A DNA stretch of 64,000 nucleotides from IMG/VR virus record IMGVR_UViG_3300025015_000001. One strand, 5' to 3'. Every line of letters begins with the position of its first letter. The first letter of the stretch is position 1. The notes below the pieces were generated by a model that was given only the letters and a program-made list of their open reading frames with translations, searched no databases and was not told where the DNA came from. The position numbers and the translations under genes were made by a program. Positions 1 to 10,772 of the stretch are shown piece after piece. The stretch comes from a virus.

Positions 1-2
1 CT

Positions 3-518
3 GCTGATATTGATTTTTTTTCAAAAAGACAAGATGAATTAATTAGCCTAATATCTGAATTAGAAGACAATATAACTGTACTAGCTGAAAGATATGGCAA
101 AACAAGTTTTCAAGTGGCCGAAGCAGATAGACAATTACAAGAATATAAGATTGAGTTAAATACTGCGCAAACAACTATAAACTCAAGAGCTATAGATATG
201 GGAACACCATTACCATTTGTGGGGGAAAATTTTTTAAGCCAATCAGTTTTTGCAAATACGTCTCACACCGATGTTTTAAAACTATCACCAAAATATCAGT
301 TATTTAAAAAACTTCAAAAATTTTATGAAAACTCTCGTGCTAGTAGTAACTTAATCCAAGTAGTATACCGTCATTATATATTTGATGGGTATTTTGAATC
401 TTTTGGATTTACTGATTCTGCTAAGGACCCCTGGAATTGGAAATATAGTATAAACTTTACAATACTATCATGGGAGGAGATGGCATCTACTGCGCAGATG
501 GAACAGATGCTTATCTAA
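3..518 (+). CDS. Tail/baseplate-associated protein (5'-partial; possible tube-initiator-like)
   Basis: Frame is open from base 3, upstream of the ORF-track start at 114. The C-terminal FDGYFESFGFT...WNWKYSINFTI resembles myovirus tail-initiation proteins, and the gene sits directly before the hub gene. Confidence 0.45.
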   Translation, partial: ADIDFFSKRQDELISLISELEDNITVLAERYGKTSFQVAEADRQLQEYKIELNTAQTTINSRAIDMGTPLPFVGENFLSQSVFANTSHTDVLKLSPKYQLFKKLQKFYENSRASSNLIQVVYRHYIFDGYFESFGFTDSAKDPWNWKYSINFTILSWEEMASTAQMEQMLI

Positions 519-2344
519 GAATAATGAGCAAGATTGATCAGCCGGGAGCAGACGAATTACATTATGCCCCATCTAACTATATTATTGTTAATGATGATGT
601 CGATCATGGGTTACGTGGTAACTCTTTTTTGATATTATTTGATTGGGAGCAGTTCCACACACTAATATTGAGTAATAATAAAAACTTAGAGGAGCAATTT
701 AAGAAGGCTGTTTGGGGGGCCCTAGACAAGATTTATCCAGGGGCTTATCAGGGTGGTAGTGGTTATGGAGCGCTGCTAAATAAAGCGATAAATGAGTCTA
801 TAACAAATTTTACTGTAACATTACGTACTACTCTGGGTGGGAACTCTTGTACGTTTACTGTGGAAAATATTAATTATCAATGGATAGTTACTAACCTAGA
901 CAATTACTTTTATGGGCAGTCTATCTTCCAAGAGGGATTACGTTTTACAATCGATGCTAGAGGTCGTATAGATACTGATAACTTATACAGAATATGGACA
1001 GGGTACATTACAGGTACTAATGAAGTTGATAATCCGACTGAAAAAAATATCTCTATATCGTCATCAGATGCTAGTAGATGGTTGTCTTACACTAGGTATA
1101 ATGTACATCCTGCTGTTTTTGAAGCTAATTTAGCTAGTATACCTAAAGGCTATACAACATATTCTAATGTGTTAGCTGGAAAACCGGGAGACGAAATAGT
1201 AAGGCTAATGACGGATTTAAACCCAAAGAATTTAGTAGAAAAAGAGTTAAGAAAATTAGAGGATTTAACCGTTCAGTGGACAGAAGCGTTGCCTGATGAT
1301 GTTGACGACAATAATGGGGATATTAAAGATGATTACAACTATAACTATCATATTGTAATTCCAGTGGCGTCAGCTAATGATTACAGTTTTAGAGCTAACA
1401 TTTATCCCAAAAGATTGATTTGGGGAAATACTGGAGTAGTGTATCAACAGTTATTCAAGTTTTCTAATTTATATAATAGCGAATGGAAGACAAGAAAAGA
1501 TATAATAACTGATACTGCCAATTTAACACACTACCTATCCTATATAGACGGGGCGGGAAATATACATTATCACCCTGCTAAGTATAATGAGAAAGTATAC
1601 CTACAAGTTAAAAATGGAACTGATTTAACTAGTAAAAACCTGGAGCATCCGTATACGCATTTTTTAGCCCCAGACGAAGTTTCTCAGCAATCCTACAGCC
1701 AGAATGAGCAGGAGATAGTAACAGTAGCCATAGGCAACGCACAAGGTCATTTTGGAATAATTGAAAAAACCGGAGAAAAATTGCCTAATAGTTATACAGC
1801 CACAATAGTGTGGCCGGATGGAATACGTAGATTTGGCTACAGAGAAGCCACCATAGACACAGCATCTACAACCGATAACTTTGTCCTGGATGTGTACACG
1901 GCAGCTTTTCTTTTAAAGAGAAATCAAGAAAGATTTCAAATGTCAGCTACTATTCCTCTGCGCCCCGAACTACAAATAGATAGACCTATTTGGGATTATG
2001 GTAAGCGTAAGTTTTACCAGATAAGGCAAGTAACGCACACGTATATATCAGGGTCTGTCAACAGTGGTGGGCAATGGCAGACATCTATTGATTGCTTTGC
2101 TGGCAGACGTGAGGGGGAAGACATCAGTGGTAATGTATTTGCTATAGCGCATAAGTATAAAAACGTAAAAGAAATGCTTGCTGATTTAAGAACCAAGAGT
2201 ATTATATCATTAGATTTAGAGGATTTACGTAGTACTGGAGTTAAGGAACTTACAAACAGGAACAGCGAGGATAAGACAAAAGAGGTAGCAACAACAGCAA
2301 CTCAAAACTCTAATGTCAGAAAAGGCAACGACTATGTTCGGTAG
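470..2344 (+). CDS. Baseplate hub / late-control gpD (gp27-like) protein
   Basis: 624 aa. Contains IWTGYIT..., SSSDASRWL and RRFGYRE...RPELQIDRPI...QIRQVTHTY, typical of hub proteins, and precedes the spike gene. Confidence 0.7.
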   Translation: MGGDGIYCADGTDAYLRIMSKIDQPGADELHYAPSNYIIVNDDVDHGLRGNSFLILFDWEQFHTLILSNNKNLEEQFKKAVWGALDKIYPGAYQGGSGYGALLNKAINESITNFTVTLRTTLGGNSCTFTVENINYQWIVTNLDNYFYGQSIFQEGLRFTIDARGRIDTDNLYRIWTGYITGTNEVDNPTEKNISISSSDASRWLSYTRYNVHPAVFEANLASIPKGYTTYSNVLAGKPGDEIVRLMTDLNPKNLVEKELRKLEDLTVQWTEALPDDVDDNNGDIKDDYNYNYHIVIPVASANDYSFRANIYPKRLIWGNTGVVYQQLFKFSNLYNSEWKTRKDIITDTANLTHYLSYIDGAGNIHYHPAKYNEKVYLQVKNGTDLTSKNLEHPYTHFLAPDEVSQQSYSQNEQEIVTVAIGNAQGHFGIIEKTGEKLPNSYTATIVWPDGIRRFGYREATIDTASTTDNFVLDVYTAAFLLKRNQERFQMSATIPLRPELQIDRPIWDYGKRKFYQIRQVTHTYISGSVNSGGQWQTSIDCFAGRREGEDISGNVFAIAHKYKNVKEMLADLRTKSIISLDLEDLRSTGVKELTNRNSEDKTKEVATTATQNSNVRKGNDYVR

Positions 2345-3539
2345 TAGAAGTTCGATGGGATTTATTCCCTCATATTATTTAGCTGAGATAAAGGCAGTTA
2401 ATACAAATAATCATACTTGTAGTGTGCAACTCTTACGAGGTACAGAACAGTATCATGACGTATTATTGATACGCGATCCAGGAAATTTTAATTTACCTAA
2501 GATTGGCGATATATGTGTTGTTATTTGGGATAATAAAAGTACTCCGTGTGTAATTGGTTTTTACCCAGCGTACTATAAGGATCAGCTAGATGAAAATAGA
2601 TTTTATAATGTACAAGAGGGAGAGGTTGTCACACAGTCGAGATACGGACAAAAATTACTCTTCAACAAACGTGGAGAAATTTTTCTAACAAATTGGCTGT
2701 CCCAAGGGCTTGAGATTTTTCAAAATGATGGCCTAGCTGTGTTACGGTCAAACACACTTGAACAAGATACTGCAGGGATAGATAGGGCTACTGGGTATGC
2801 TAAACGGTATTCTTTTTTACTACACAAAGATACCAATATATCAACTGTTACTGGTTTAGGTGGTGTAGCTGATGCTACAACTACTACGGGGTTAAAAACT
2901 ATTGTAGAAGATTCTACTAAAATAACTGAAGTTGGTTTGACTGGGCAAACTATATATACAAAAAAAATTGGAAACTATGTAGTAGCAGATACACAGACCA
3001 CTGCAGAAACCTACGAAGTTAAGGTGCACCCTTCCACACTTGTCCCCCTTATATCCGAAACTATTCACTATGTGAATGGTAGTATTGGTGTAGAGCAATT
3101 GGTAGATAATCTAGGTAATACATACCTAAAGTTACCAACAACTGCAACTAACCCCATAAATCCCACTAGCAAACTTACTGGTGGATTAGAGATAATCGGG
3201 GATAATAGTAATATAACTATAAAATTTGAAGTAGCTAATATAGTAAGTAATGAAGTAAACTTAGGTAATTTTACCGATGCTACATTAGCGAACCTAAAAG
3301 CTTTAGTTAAAGCAGAGGTTTTGGCTGAGATAGAGACTAAATTTAATAATCATCTGCACGGGTATGTCGATGTTACCCAGGCCACAACTGACAAGCGATT
3401 CACTACAGTTCCTATAGTTGCTGTTGGGACTGGCACACCCGTACCTATAACAGCGATACCTGCTGTGGAACCAGTATACCCCGGAAGCATAACTATAAAT
3501 ATTGGTGACTACAAAACACAGAATGTAAAGGCGACATAA
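2313..3539 (+). CDS. Baseplate spike (gpV/gp5-like)
   Basis: N-terminal OB-fold-like AEIKAVN...LPKIGDICVV...VIGF, and a C-terminal FNNHLHGY (HxH) tip motif. Confidence 0.7.
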   Translation: MSEKATTMFGSRSSMGFIPSYYLAEIKAVNTNNHTCSVQLLRGTEQYHDVLLIRDPGNFNLPKIGDICVVIWDNKSTPCVIGFYPAYYKDQLDENRFYNVQEGEVVTQSRYGQKLLFNKRGEIFLTNWLSQGLEIFQNDGLAVLRSNTLEQDTAGIDRATGYAKRYSFLLHKDTNISTVTGLGGVADATTTTGLKTIVEDSTKITEVGLTGQTIYTKKIGNYVVADTQTTAETYEVKVHPSTLVPLISETIHYVNGSIGVEQLVDNLGNTYLKLPTTATNPINPTSKLTGGLEIIGDNSNITIKFEVANIVSNEVNLGNFTDATLANLKALVKAEVLAEIETKFNNHLHGYVDVTQATTDKRFTTVPIVAVGTGTPVPITAIPAVEPVYPGSITINIGDYKTQNVKAT

Positions 3540-4189
3540 TGTCAGCATTAGCGGAGTGTACAAAAGGATTTATTAATGCACTAACAGCCAGACCACGGCA
3601 GCAATTAAGAGTACTGCTGTCTACAGTAAAGACACTTACTCAAATTGAATTGGCTAGAATTCAAGCTATGCTAGCACAACAGGATGTGTTAGCTAATACG
3701 TTTACCACAGTTATCAGTGGGTTTGAAGAAACACTAAAACCTTTGGAAGAGGCTCTTAATCAAATACCCTTTAAAGAATTTAAAGCATGTGAGTCGGTTT
3801 CTAAATTAGACTTGGATATACAGAACATATATTTTGATAGAAAAAATGAACTAAGGTCTCTTACGTATAAGTATACACAATTTGGGTTTGCAAATACTTA
3901 CTTTGGAGATTACCGTAGCAAGTTAGAAAATCAGCTAGATCAGGTCACAGCCATGCTTAACTATTTAGATAATTTAGCAACCTTTAATTTAGAGCGCGGA
4001 GATGTGGTGCGTGTATACACACAGAATGAAGATTCTAAAGGCAATAAATATCCTGTAACGTTATCGGGACACATTCCTACTGTTGGAGAATACCCAAGTG
4101 CTGTTATTGTCGGGATTAATATTGTTGTGAAATTAGATGATACCGGGGACATAAAACAATTTAAAGGTACTGAGGTACAAAAAACTTAA
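3539..4189 (+). CDS. Hypothetical baseplate-region protein
   Basis: 216-aa helical ORF, translationally coupled to both neighbours. Confidence 0.5.
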   Translation: MSALAECTKGFINALTARPRQQLRVLLSTVKTLTQIELARIQAMLAQQDVLANTFTTVISGFEETLKPLEEALNQIPFKEFKACESVSKLDLDIQNIYFDRKNELRSLTYKYTQFGFANTYFGDYRSKLENQLDQVTAMLNYLDNLATFNLERGDVVRVYTQNEDSKGNKYPVTLSGHIPTVGEYPSAVIVGINIVVKLDDTGDIKQFKGTEVQKT

Positions 4190-4962
4190 TGGCGATATAT
4201 TATACAAATAATAGTAAATTAATTCCGGATGGTACACAACTATTTGATTCTAAGTCTATTAAGACTGGGTATGGCTATGATATAGATATTAACTCATCGG
4301 GCGCGATAAGCCGACTTATCGGGCTAGATAAACTTGAGCAACAAGTTCAAAAAGCTGTTATAGTAAAAAAAGGCAGTTATCCGACCGCCAAATCTTTGGG
4401 ATCTAATATTATTAATGCTACTATTAAGGATAAAATTTTTCTGAATGCTGAGATTAGGGAGACACTAGCTACCTACGCTAAACTACAACAACAAACTAGC
4501 ACTTCTTTTTTAAAAGTACTAGGTAAAAATATATACAGGACAATGGATATAACAGACGCCTCTTCTTGGAGAAAAATAAATTCTCATATTATCTCTTCTA
4601 ATACTTATACAGATAGTAATCTAATACCTAGCATATTTTATTATTATGCAGTAACTACTGTGTACAGGGATACTCTTGGGAACACATCAGAAACTAATAT
4701 AGATAAGTACGAGAACATTATTGCTAGCACCGTCAACTCTCTTCAGGCTAAAGTTAATGATACTTTTGTACTAGTTAGTGGAAATAAGTCAGCTATTTTG
4801 TATTGGAGCATCCCAGTGAAGTTAAATGAGGAAGAGCAATTAAGGAGTATTATAGACATTATACTTACACAATTTGGGGATCCTAGGGGATTAAACATAA
4901 AAATAAAAGTCACAAATAAAAGTATGACACAATCACAAATTAACTTATTGAAAACAAGATAA
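4189..4962 (+). CDS. gp25-like baseplate wedge protein with an inserted Fn3-like domain
   Basis: DIDINSSGAISRLIGLDKLEQQVQKAV...YPT...LGS is gp25-like. The internal SNTYTDSNL...YYYAVTTV is Fn3-like. Confidence 0.6.
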   Translation: MAIYYTNNSKLIPDGTQLFDSKSIKTGYGYDIDINSSGAISRLIGLDKLEQQVQKAVIVKKGSYPTAKSLGSNIINATIKDKIFLNAEIRETLATYAKLQQQTSTSFLKVLGKNIYRTMDITDASSWRKINSHIISSNTYTDSNLIPSIFYYYAVTTVYRDTLGNTSETNIDKYENIIASTVNSLQAKVNDTFVLVSGNKSAILYWSIPVKLNEEEQLRSIIDIILTQFGDPRGLNIKIKVTNKSMTQSQINLLKTR

Positions 4963-4975
4963 TACTGAGGTATCC

Positions 4976-6676
4976 ATGGCAACTAACATACTAACTACTA
5001 GTGATATACTTAACTACATAAAATCTTTCATTAAAGCTAAAAATCCTCAGATAGATGTGCAAACTGGGACTGACATTTATGATCTGATTTTTGGAGGTAA
5101 TGCACAGACCTCTGCTAGAATCTTTGAATCTATACAAGAGGTGGAAAATCTACAAAGTGTTTTTACTACATTTGGCAGCAGTTTGGATACAGTATCTAGG
5201 AACTATAGTCTAGTAAGAAAACCAGCCACAGTAAGTTTAGGATATGTTATATTTTACACCACAACTTGGACAACTGATATAATTATACCAGAGGGTACTG
5301 TACTTAGCACTAAGAATACTGTAGGACTTCCGAACGTCACTTTCAGAACTATAGGAGACATTTCTCTATTATTCAGCAATAAATCTGCATATTTTAATTC
5401 TACTACCGGACGATATGAGTCTACAGCTATCCCCATAGCATGTACCATTCCGGGTAAGGTGGGTAACGTAGATATGGGAACTGTTACCACTCTCCAGACG
5501 AATATTCCACAAATAGAAGGTATTACAAATAATGATGCTATAAGTGGTGGAACTGATGAGGAGACAGATGTCGATTTGCAACAAAGGTGTGCTCTATCCT
5601 TAGTAGTGTCTTCTGTAGGAACACAAGATGGTTATAAAAAGTTAATACTAGATAACGAAGTAGTTAAAGACGTATATGCTGTTGGGCCTTTTGATACGGA
5701 ATCAGTAAGGTCCGGGGTTGATATATATGCGCTCACGGTTTCAGCCCCTGTAACGTACACGCAAACCAATACATATGGGGGGGCTAATTTTACAGAGTTA
5801 ATCAACCAGCCAGTACTAGATATTAATAGTGTAATAGCATATGGTACATGGAGTATGTTAGAAAATGTTTCTTATCAATTTAATAAGCAAGCACAATCGG
5901 CTTATGCAAACTCGACTATATCAGATTCCACAGTAGCTAGAATAGATTGGGTTCCTTCATGGGCTGGGGTAACTTTAATAGGCTCTATAGGAGGTGACAC
6001 ATTTACCTATGCTGTATCTGGTGGGGAAATTAGTGTAACTTCTGCTGATGCATATGTAAACACACGAGTAACTATGACTCTTGGGAGCAACAATCCGGGG
6101 GAGACGCAGACTGTTTTAACTTATAGCTATAATACTACATCTAATATTGTGACTTTTACAACTACCCCCTTCACTAACGCAATTAATGCAGGAGACCCAT
6201 TTACGTTAGACCCAAGACCAAATATAGGAGATTCAGTAAGTATAAATTATAATTATAATCCAGACATTGCAGTATTACAGGATTTTGTAGAACAATCACA
6301 ATATAATGTTGTAGGGGCTAATACATTAGTTAAAAATGGACTACGTGGAAAGTTGGCACTAACCCTATCTATTAAAGTATTTAGTGGCTATGATTTCGTA
6401 GCTGCTAAAACAAAAGTAGAGGGGGCGGTGTCACAGTACATAAATAACTTAAAATTTGGAGATGATATACAGACATCAGATATTATTGTTACCGCACAGA
6501 CTGGAATAGGTACTGATTATGTTATAACAGAAGTAGACTACGTGTCCGTAGACACTTTATCAAGTAGTACTTTTTTTGAACATTGGGATGAGACTATAGA
6601 TGATTTTTCTGCTGTTGACATAATAACACTCTCTAATAGAGAGTATGCGATTTTAAAAACTTTAACTATTAATTAA
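4976..6676 (+). CDS. Baseplate J-like protein
   Basis: GSSLD, G.VGNVDMGTVT, ISGGTDEETDVDLQQR and GTQDGY are Baseplate_J hallmarks. Confidence 0.9.
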   Translation: MATNILTTSDILNYIKSFIKAKNPQIDVQTGTDIYDLIFGGNAQTSARIFESIQEVENLQSVFTTFGSSLDTVSRNYSLVRKPATVSLGYVIFYTTTWTTDIIIPEGTVLSTKNTVGLPNVTFRTIGDISLLFSNKSAYFNSTTGRYESTAIPIACTIPGKVGNVDMGTVTTLQTNIPQIEGITNNDAISGGTDEETDVDLQQRCALSLVVSSVGTQDGYKKLILDNEVVKDVYAVGPFDTESVRSGVDIYALTVSAPVTYTQTNTYGGANFTELINQPVLDINSVIAYGTWSMLENVSYQFNKQAQSAYANSTISDSTVARIDWVPSWAGVTLIGSIGGDTFTYAVSGGEISVTSADAYVNTRVTMTLGSNNPGETQTVLTYSYNTTSNIVTFTTTPFTNAINAGDPFTLDPRPNIGDSVSINYNYNPDIAVLQDFVEQSQYNVVGANTLVKNGLRGKLALTLSIKVFSGYDFVAAKTKVEGAVSQYINNLKFGDDIQTSDIIVTAQTGIGTDYVITEVDYVSVDTLSSSTFFEHWDETIDDFSAVDIITLSNREYAILKTLTIN

Positions 6677-6689
6677 TTTGGGGGATGGC

Positions 6690-7811
6690 ATGGCAGATTT
6701 ACCTGCAGTAGGAGGAAGTAATAACACATGGGGACAAGAGCTTAACGATTTTATGTCTATTGCACACGAATCAGCCGGTGCCAATGGCGGTAAACTTAAA
6801 ACATCTGCATTAAATGGAATATCTTTTACAGGCACTATTAACCTAAATAGCGCTACAGCAGCCAACCTCCCAGCTAACACCAATGTTGGGACTGTTTTAG
6901 CAGCCGAATTAAGTTATCTATCTGGGGTTACATCTGGTATACAAGGACAACTAAGTGGTAAGTCAAGTACTACACATACACATGCTGTATCTGCTGGAGC
7001 TATTGATGTGACTGCAACAGCCGCAGAATTAAACATTTTGGATGGTGTAATAGCCACCACTGCAGAAATAAATTATTCTTCTGGGGTTACATCTGGTATA
7101 CAAGGACAATTAAGTGGTAAGGCGAGTACCACACATACACACGCTGTATCCGCCGGAGCTACTGATGTGACTGCAACAGCTGCAGAGTTAAACATTTTGG
7201 ATGGTGTAACAGCTACCACTGCAGAAATAAATTATTCTTCTGGGGTTACATCTGGTATACAAGGACAATTAAGCAGTAAGATAGCTATATCAGGGACAGT
7301 TACACAAGCTAACCTTACAACATTAACTGCCGGAAGTGGTAGCATTGCAGATAGCTTACACGGGCATTCTATATCTATAACTAATGCCGATACAGTGGAC
7401 AGTTACCATGCCTCGGATTTACTTGCAAGAGGCAACCATACAGGAACCCAGAATGGGTCAACTATATCAGGAGGGACGTTAGGGAGTACAGTCGTGCCTC
7501 TGGCGAGGATGGGGACTGCGGTGGCGAGTGGGAGCCAGACAGTTAATGCAGATACAGCATATGGGATAACTATTAGCGGTAGTAGTGGGGCGGCGCATGA
7601 GTTCTATCATTATTCTGCATATTTAAGTAGTTCCCCTACGTCTGACATCATAACGTATGGTGCTAGAGTCACAGAAACAGAAACTGTTAATGCTTCTGTG
7701 CATTTTACTCTAACAAGGCGGGCAGATGTAGGAACGATAATTGACATTATCAACGGCTATGGGGCGAGTAAAACTATAGAATATAAAGTCTACAAACTCA
7801 CAGAATCTTAA
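6690..7811 (+). CDS. Tail fibre-like protein with 53-aa repeats
   Basis: N-terminal LPAVGGSNNTWGQELNDF anchor, repeats of TAAELNILDGVTATTAEINY...SGIQGQL, and a distinct C-terminal domain. The ATG at 6690 is preferred to the TTG at 6678. Confidence 0.7.
   Translation: MADLPAVGGSNNTWGQELNDFMSIAHESAGANGGKLKTSALNGISFTGTINLNSATAANLPANTNVGTVLAAELSYLSGVTSGIQGQLSGKSSTTHTHAVSAGAIDVTATAAELNILDGVIATTAEINYSSGVTSGIQGQLSGKASTTHTHAVSAGATDVTATAAELNILDGVTATTAEINYSSGVTSGIQGQLSSKIAISGTVTQANLTTLTAGSGSIADSLHGHSISITNADTVDSYHASDLLARGNHTGTQNGSTISGGTLGSTVVPLARMGTAVASGSQTVNADTAYGITISGSSGAAHEFYHYSAYLSSSPTSDIITYGARVTETETVNASVHFTLTRRADVGTIIDIINGYGASKTIEYKVYKLTES
6921..7275 (+). repeat. 159-bp tandem coding repeat (~2.2 copies)
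   Basis: TCTGGGGTTACATCTGGTATACAAGGACAA starts at 6921, 7080 and 7239. Confidence 0.9.
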
Positions 7812-7822
7812 AGGAGAGCTCA

Positions 7823-8257
7823 ATGGCACATAAATGGATTGATTCACAAGCAGGAAAGTTAAAGATTGACGAAGCAGGAAGCATCATAGATAAACATCCT
7901 TACAAATATTATAGCGTGGCAAACAAGACTATCAAGGTTACATTAAACCCTGACGGGACAGAAGGAGATGCAGAGTTTTTTGTCCCTCGGAATATCCTTA
8001 TGGTTCATCCCATAACGGGGGAAGTGATGGGACTTAATCAAGGTTTTGTTGAGGCCGTAGAACTTGAGGGGATTCAGTCAATCAAGGCTAAAGGACCAGA
8101 CGGGATGGAGAGCATGTCTGTGGAGGTTCGGGCCTCCGATATCCCCGCAGACTTTATAGTAGACGTAACTCTGCCAGATGGAAAACAGATTAAGAAGATT
8201 GCTTACAAATGGGATGGGGCAAAACTTAAGAAGAAGACTAAGTCTGAGATGAATTAG
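7823..8257 (+). CDS. Hypothetical protein (possible fibre chaperone)
   Basis: 144-aa ORF with RBS AGGAG directly after the fibre gene. The function is inferred from position only. Confidence 0.4.
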   Translation: MAHKWIDSQAGKLKIDEAGSIIDKHPYKYYSVANKTIKVTLNPDGTEGDAEFFVPRNILMVHPITGEVMGLNQGFVEAVELEGIQSIKAKGPDGMESMSVEVRASDIPADFIVDVTLPDGKQIKKIAYKWDGAKLKKKTKSEMN

Positions 8258-8296
8258 TATTAAGTATTTTCCACTTTATTAAAAATAGGATAAATA

Positions 8297-9361
8297 ATGC
8301 CCTTAGATCTAACATTCGACCCCAGTGCCAGTGCAGCCATACTAGGAATAGCAACACAAAGTGATGGGAAGATTTTAGTTTGTGGAGGTTTTTCTACCAT
8401 AGGTGGGCACACTAAGAATGGCCTAGCTCGTTTAAATTTAGATGGTACAGTTGATACTGGATTCACGGCTACATTGCCGGATTTTACTTCGGGAATAGTC
8501 ATCCAGCCAGACAACAAAATTATTGTACGTATTGCTAATGCTAGCATACAAAAATTAAATTACAATGGCACTTCTGATAGTACTTTTTCTATTCCTACCA
8601 TGAATGATTATATATTATCCTTAAACCTACAAAGTGATGGGGCATTATTTGTTGGTGGGGCTTTCACCACTGTTAATGGTAATCCGCAAAGTAGAGTAGT
8701 TAAGTTAAATATAGATGGCACAGTAGACACGTCCTTCAATGTTTCTATAAATTCTTGGGTAAGAAATACTATTACACAATCGGATGGAAATATACTAATA
8801 GGGGGTTCATTCAGTACCGTAAATGGAATAACAAGAAATGGCATGGCCAGGGTATATCCAGACGGAAGTTTGGATATGACATTTGATCCTAACATATTAG
8901 GCACAGTTTATTCAATAATCGTAGAACCAAACGGTGATATGATAGTAGGGGGTAATTTTGCTTCTGTGGGTAATGAGAGCAGAAATAATATGGCTAAACT
9001 TACTTCTATGGGGACATTAGACATGTCATTTAACCCAAATGTTTCAGGTGATATATTAGTTATAACTAAGCAAGTGGATGAAAAAATTTTAATGGGTGGG
9101 TTAATACAGTCAGTTAATACTGTACCACGTAACTATATTGCTAGGATACATTCAAATGGTACATTAGATACATCTTTCAATCCAAACGCTAATAATCAAG
9201 TATACTCTATAGGTGTTCAATCAAATAATGATATCCTTATAGGTGGAAATTTTACTGTAATTAACAGTGTATTACGTAATTATATAGCAAGATGGACAGA
9301 GACAATTAACCTAATTGCGCCAACTAATTTAGTCGCACAATGCGGGATTTACGCTGTTTAA
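8297..9361 (+). CDS. Delta-60 repeat beta-propeller protein
   Basis: About six repeats of QSDGKILIGGxFTTVNG...ARLNxDGSLDTSFNP. Confidence 0.9.
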   Translation: MPLDLTFDPSASAAILGIATQSDGKILVCGGFSTIGGHTKNGLARLNLDGTVDTGFTATLPDFTSGIVIQPDNKIIVRIANASIQKLNYNGTSDSTFSIPTMNDYILSLNLQSDGALFVGGAFTTVNGNPQSRVVKLNIDGTVDTSFNVSINSWVRNTITQSDGNILIGGSFSTVNGITRNGMARVYPDGSLDMTFDPNILGTVYSIIVEPNGDMIVGGNFASVGNESRNNMAKLTSMGTLDMSFNPNVSGDILVITKQVDEKILMGGLIQSVNTVPRNYIARIHSNGTLDTSFNPNANNQVYSIGVQSNNDILIGGNFTVINSVLRNYIARWTETINLIAPTNLVAQCGIYAV

Positions 9362-9374
9362 AATAGGGGAATAA

Positions 9375-10724
9375 ATGAGTTTAGATGCAACCTTTATACC
9401 AGATGTAAACAGTTACACTCAGGCAATAGCAGTACAAACAGATGGTAAAATATTAATAGCCGGTGAGTTTACTGTTGTAAATTCTGTTTCTAAAGTGTGT
9501 ATAGCAAGGTTAAATTCAGATGGGTCATTAGATACTTCTTTTTCTGCGTTGCTTTCTTACGGAGTTAATTCTATAGTGATACAGTCAGATGGTAGAATTC
9601 TGGTAGGGGGGAGGTTCACGACCGTTAATGGAGTAACTAGGTATTATCTTGCCAGGCTTACCTCTACAGGTGCAACGGATAATACATTTACTGGTTATAC
9701 TAATGGGTATGTGCACTCAATAATAGTTCAACCAGACAATAAAATATTAATTGGCGGAGAATTTACCACAGTTAACGGTGTAGTAAAAAATCATATAGCA
9801 AGACTAACCTCAACAGGTAGTTTAGACACGTCTTTCACTGCGGACGCAGATAGATCTGTGCATGCTATGTATATACAGTCGGACGGGAAGTTACTAATCG
9901 GAGGAAAATTTAACACAGTAAATGGTACTACTAAGCACTACATAGCTAGACTTACTTCTAATGGTGGGTTAGATAATTCTTTTGCTGTAACATCGATTAA
10001 TGGGTATGTTTATACTATTGAAGCATACCCAAATAATAGATTTATACTAGGTGGTACTTTTACACAAGTGGATAATACTGCACAGCAATGTGTTACTAGA
10101 GTACACTCAAATGGTAACTTAGACACAGAATTTAATAATGTTGGTGTGGGGGCCCTTTTTGGGTATGCGTGGCCAACAGCTGTATATGATGCTGTAGTTC
10201 AGCTCAGTGGTAAAGTTATATTTGTTGGTAGTTTTAATTCAATAGGAACAACACGAAGAAACTATATTGCTAGAATCACCCCCGATGGTATTTTAGACCC
10301 TGATTTTAATCCAGATTTAAATTGGCCAGGGAGCGTACTGCTTACACAGACAGACGGTAAATTACTAATTGGCGGAAAATTTAATATCGTTAATGGGGAG
10401 ACGAGAACTTATATAGCAAGATGGGTGGATAGTGAGACAGCTTCTGGTCCTAATACAATTGTTCTTACTTGGCAGGATAACAATATAGGAGAGGATGGTT
10501 CTAGGATAGAGCAAAGTATTAATGGTATTGATTTTACTCAGATAGCCACTGTAGGGCCAGGTACAACTTCTTATGTCATCACTGGGGTTGGCAGTGGGCA
10601 AGAACGGTGGTTTAGGGTAAGAGCCTACCAGGGGGAGGATAATAGCAGCTATAGCAACATAGTTTATATACAGTGTAGCTGGATCGTCAGCCCGACTGGC
10701 TTAAAACTCATCCGGGGAAGCTAA
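9375..10724 (+). CDS. Delta-60 repeat beta-propeller with C-terminal Fn3 domain
   Basis: Same repeat as 8297, followed by LTWQDNNIGEDGSRIEQS...WFRVRAY (Fn3). Confidence 0.9.
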   Translation: MSLDATFIPDVNSYTQAIAVQTDGKILIAGEFTVVNSVSKVCIARLNSDGSLDTSFSALLSYGVNSIVIQSDGRILVGGRFTTVNGVTRYYLARLTSTGATDNTFTGYTNGYVHSIIVQPDNKILIGGEFTTVNGVVKNHIARLTSTGSLDTSFTADADRSVHAMYIQSDGKLLIGGKFNTVNGTTKHYIARLTSNGGLDNSFAVTSINGYVYTIEAYPNNRFILGGTFTQVDNTAQQCVTRVHSNGNLDTEFNNVGVGALFGYAWPTAVYDAVVQLSGKVIFVGSFNSIGTTRRNYIARITPDGILDPDFNPDLNWPGSVLLTQTDGKLLIGGKFNIVNGETRTYIARWVDSETASGPNTIVLTWQDNNIGEDGSRIEQSINGIDFTQIATVGPGTTSYVITGVGSGQERWFRVRAYQGEDNSSYSNIVYIQCSWIVSPTGLKLIRGS

Positions 10725-10772
10725 ATTAAGGTTAATATGATATATCTAGTAACTATTAAAGGAATATATTAA

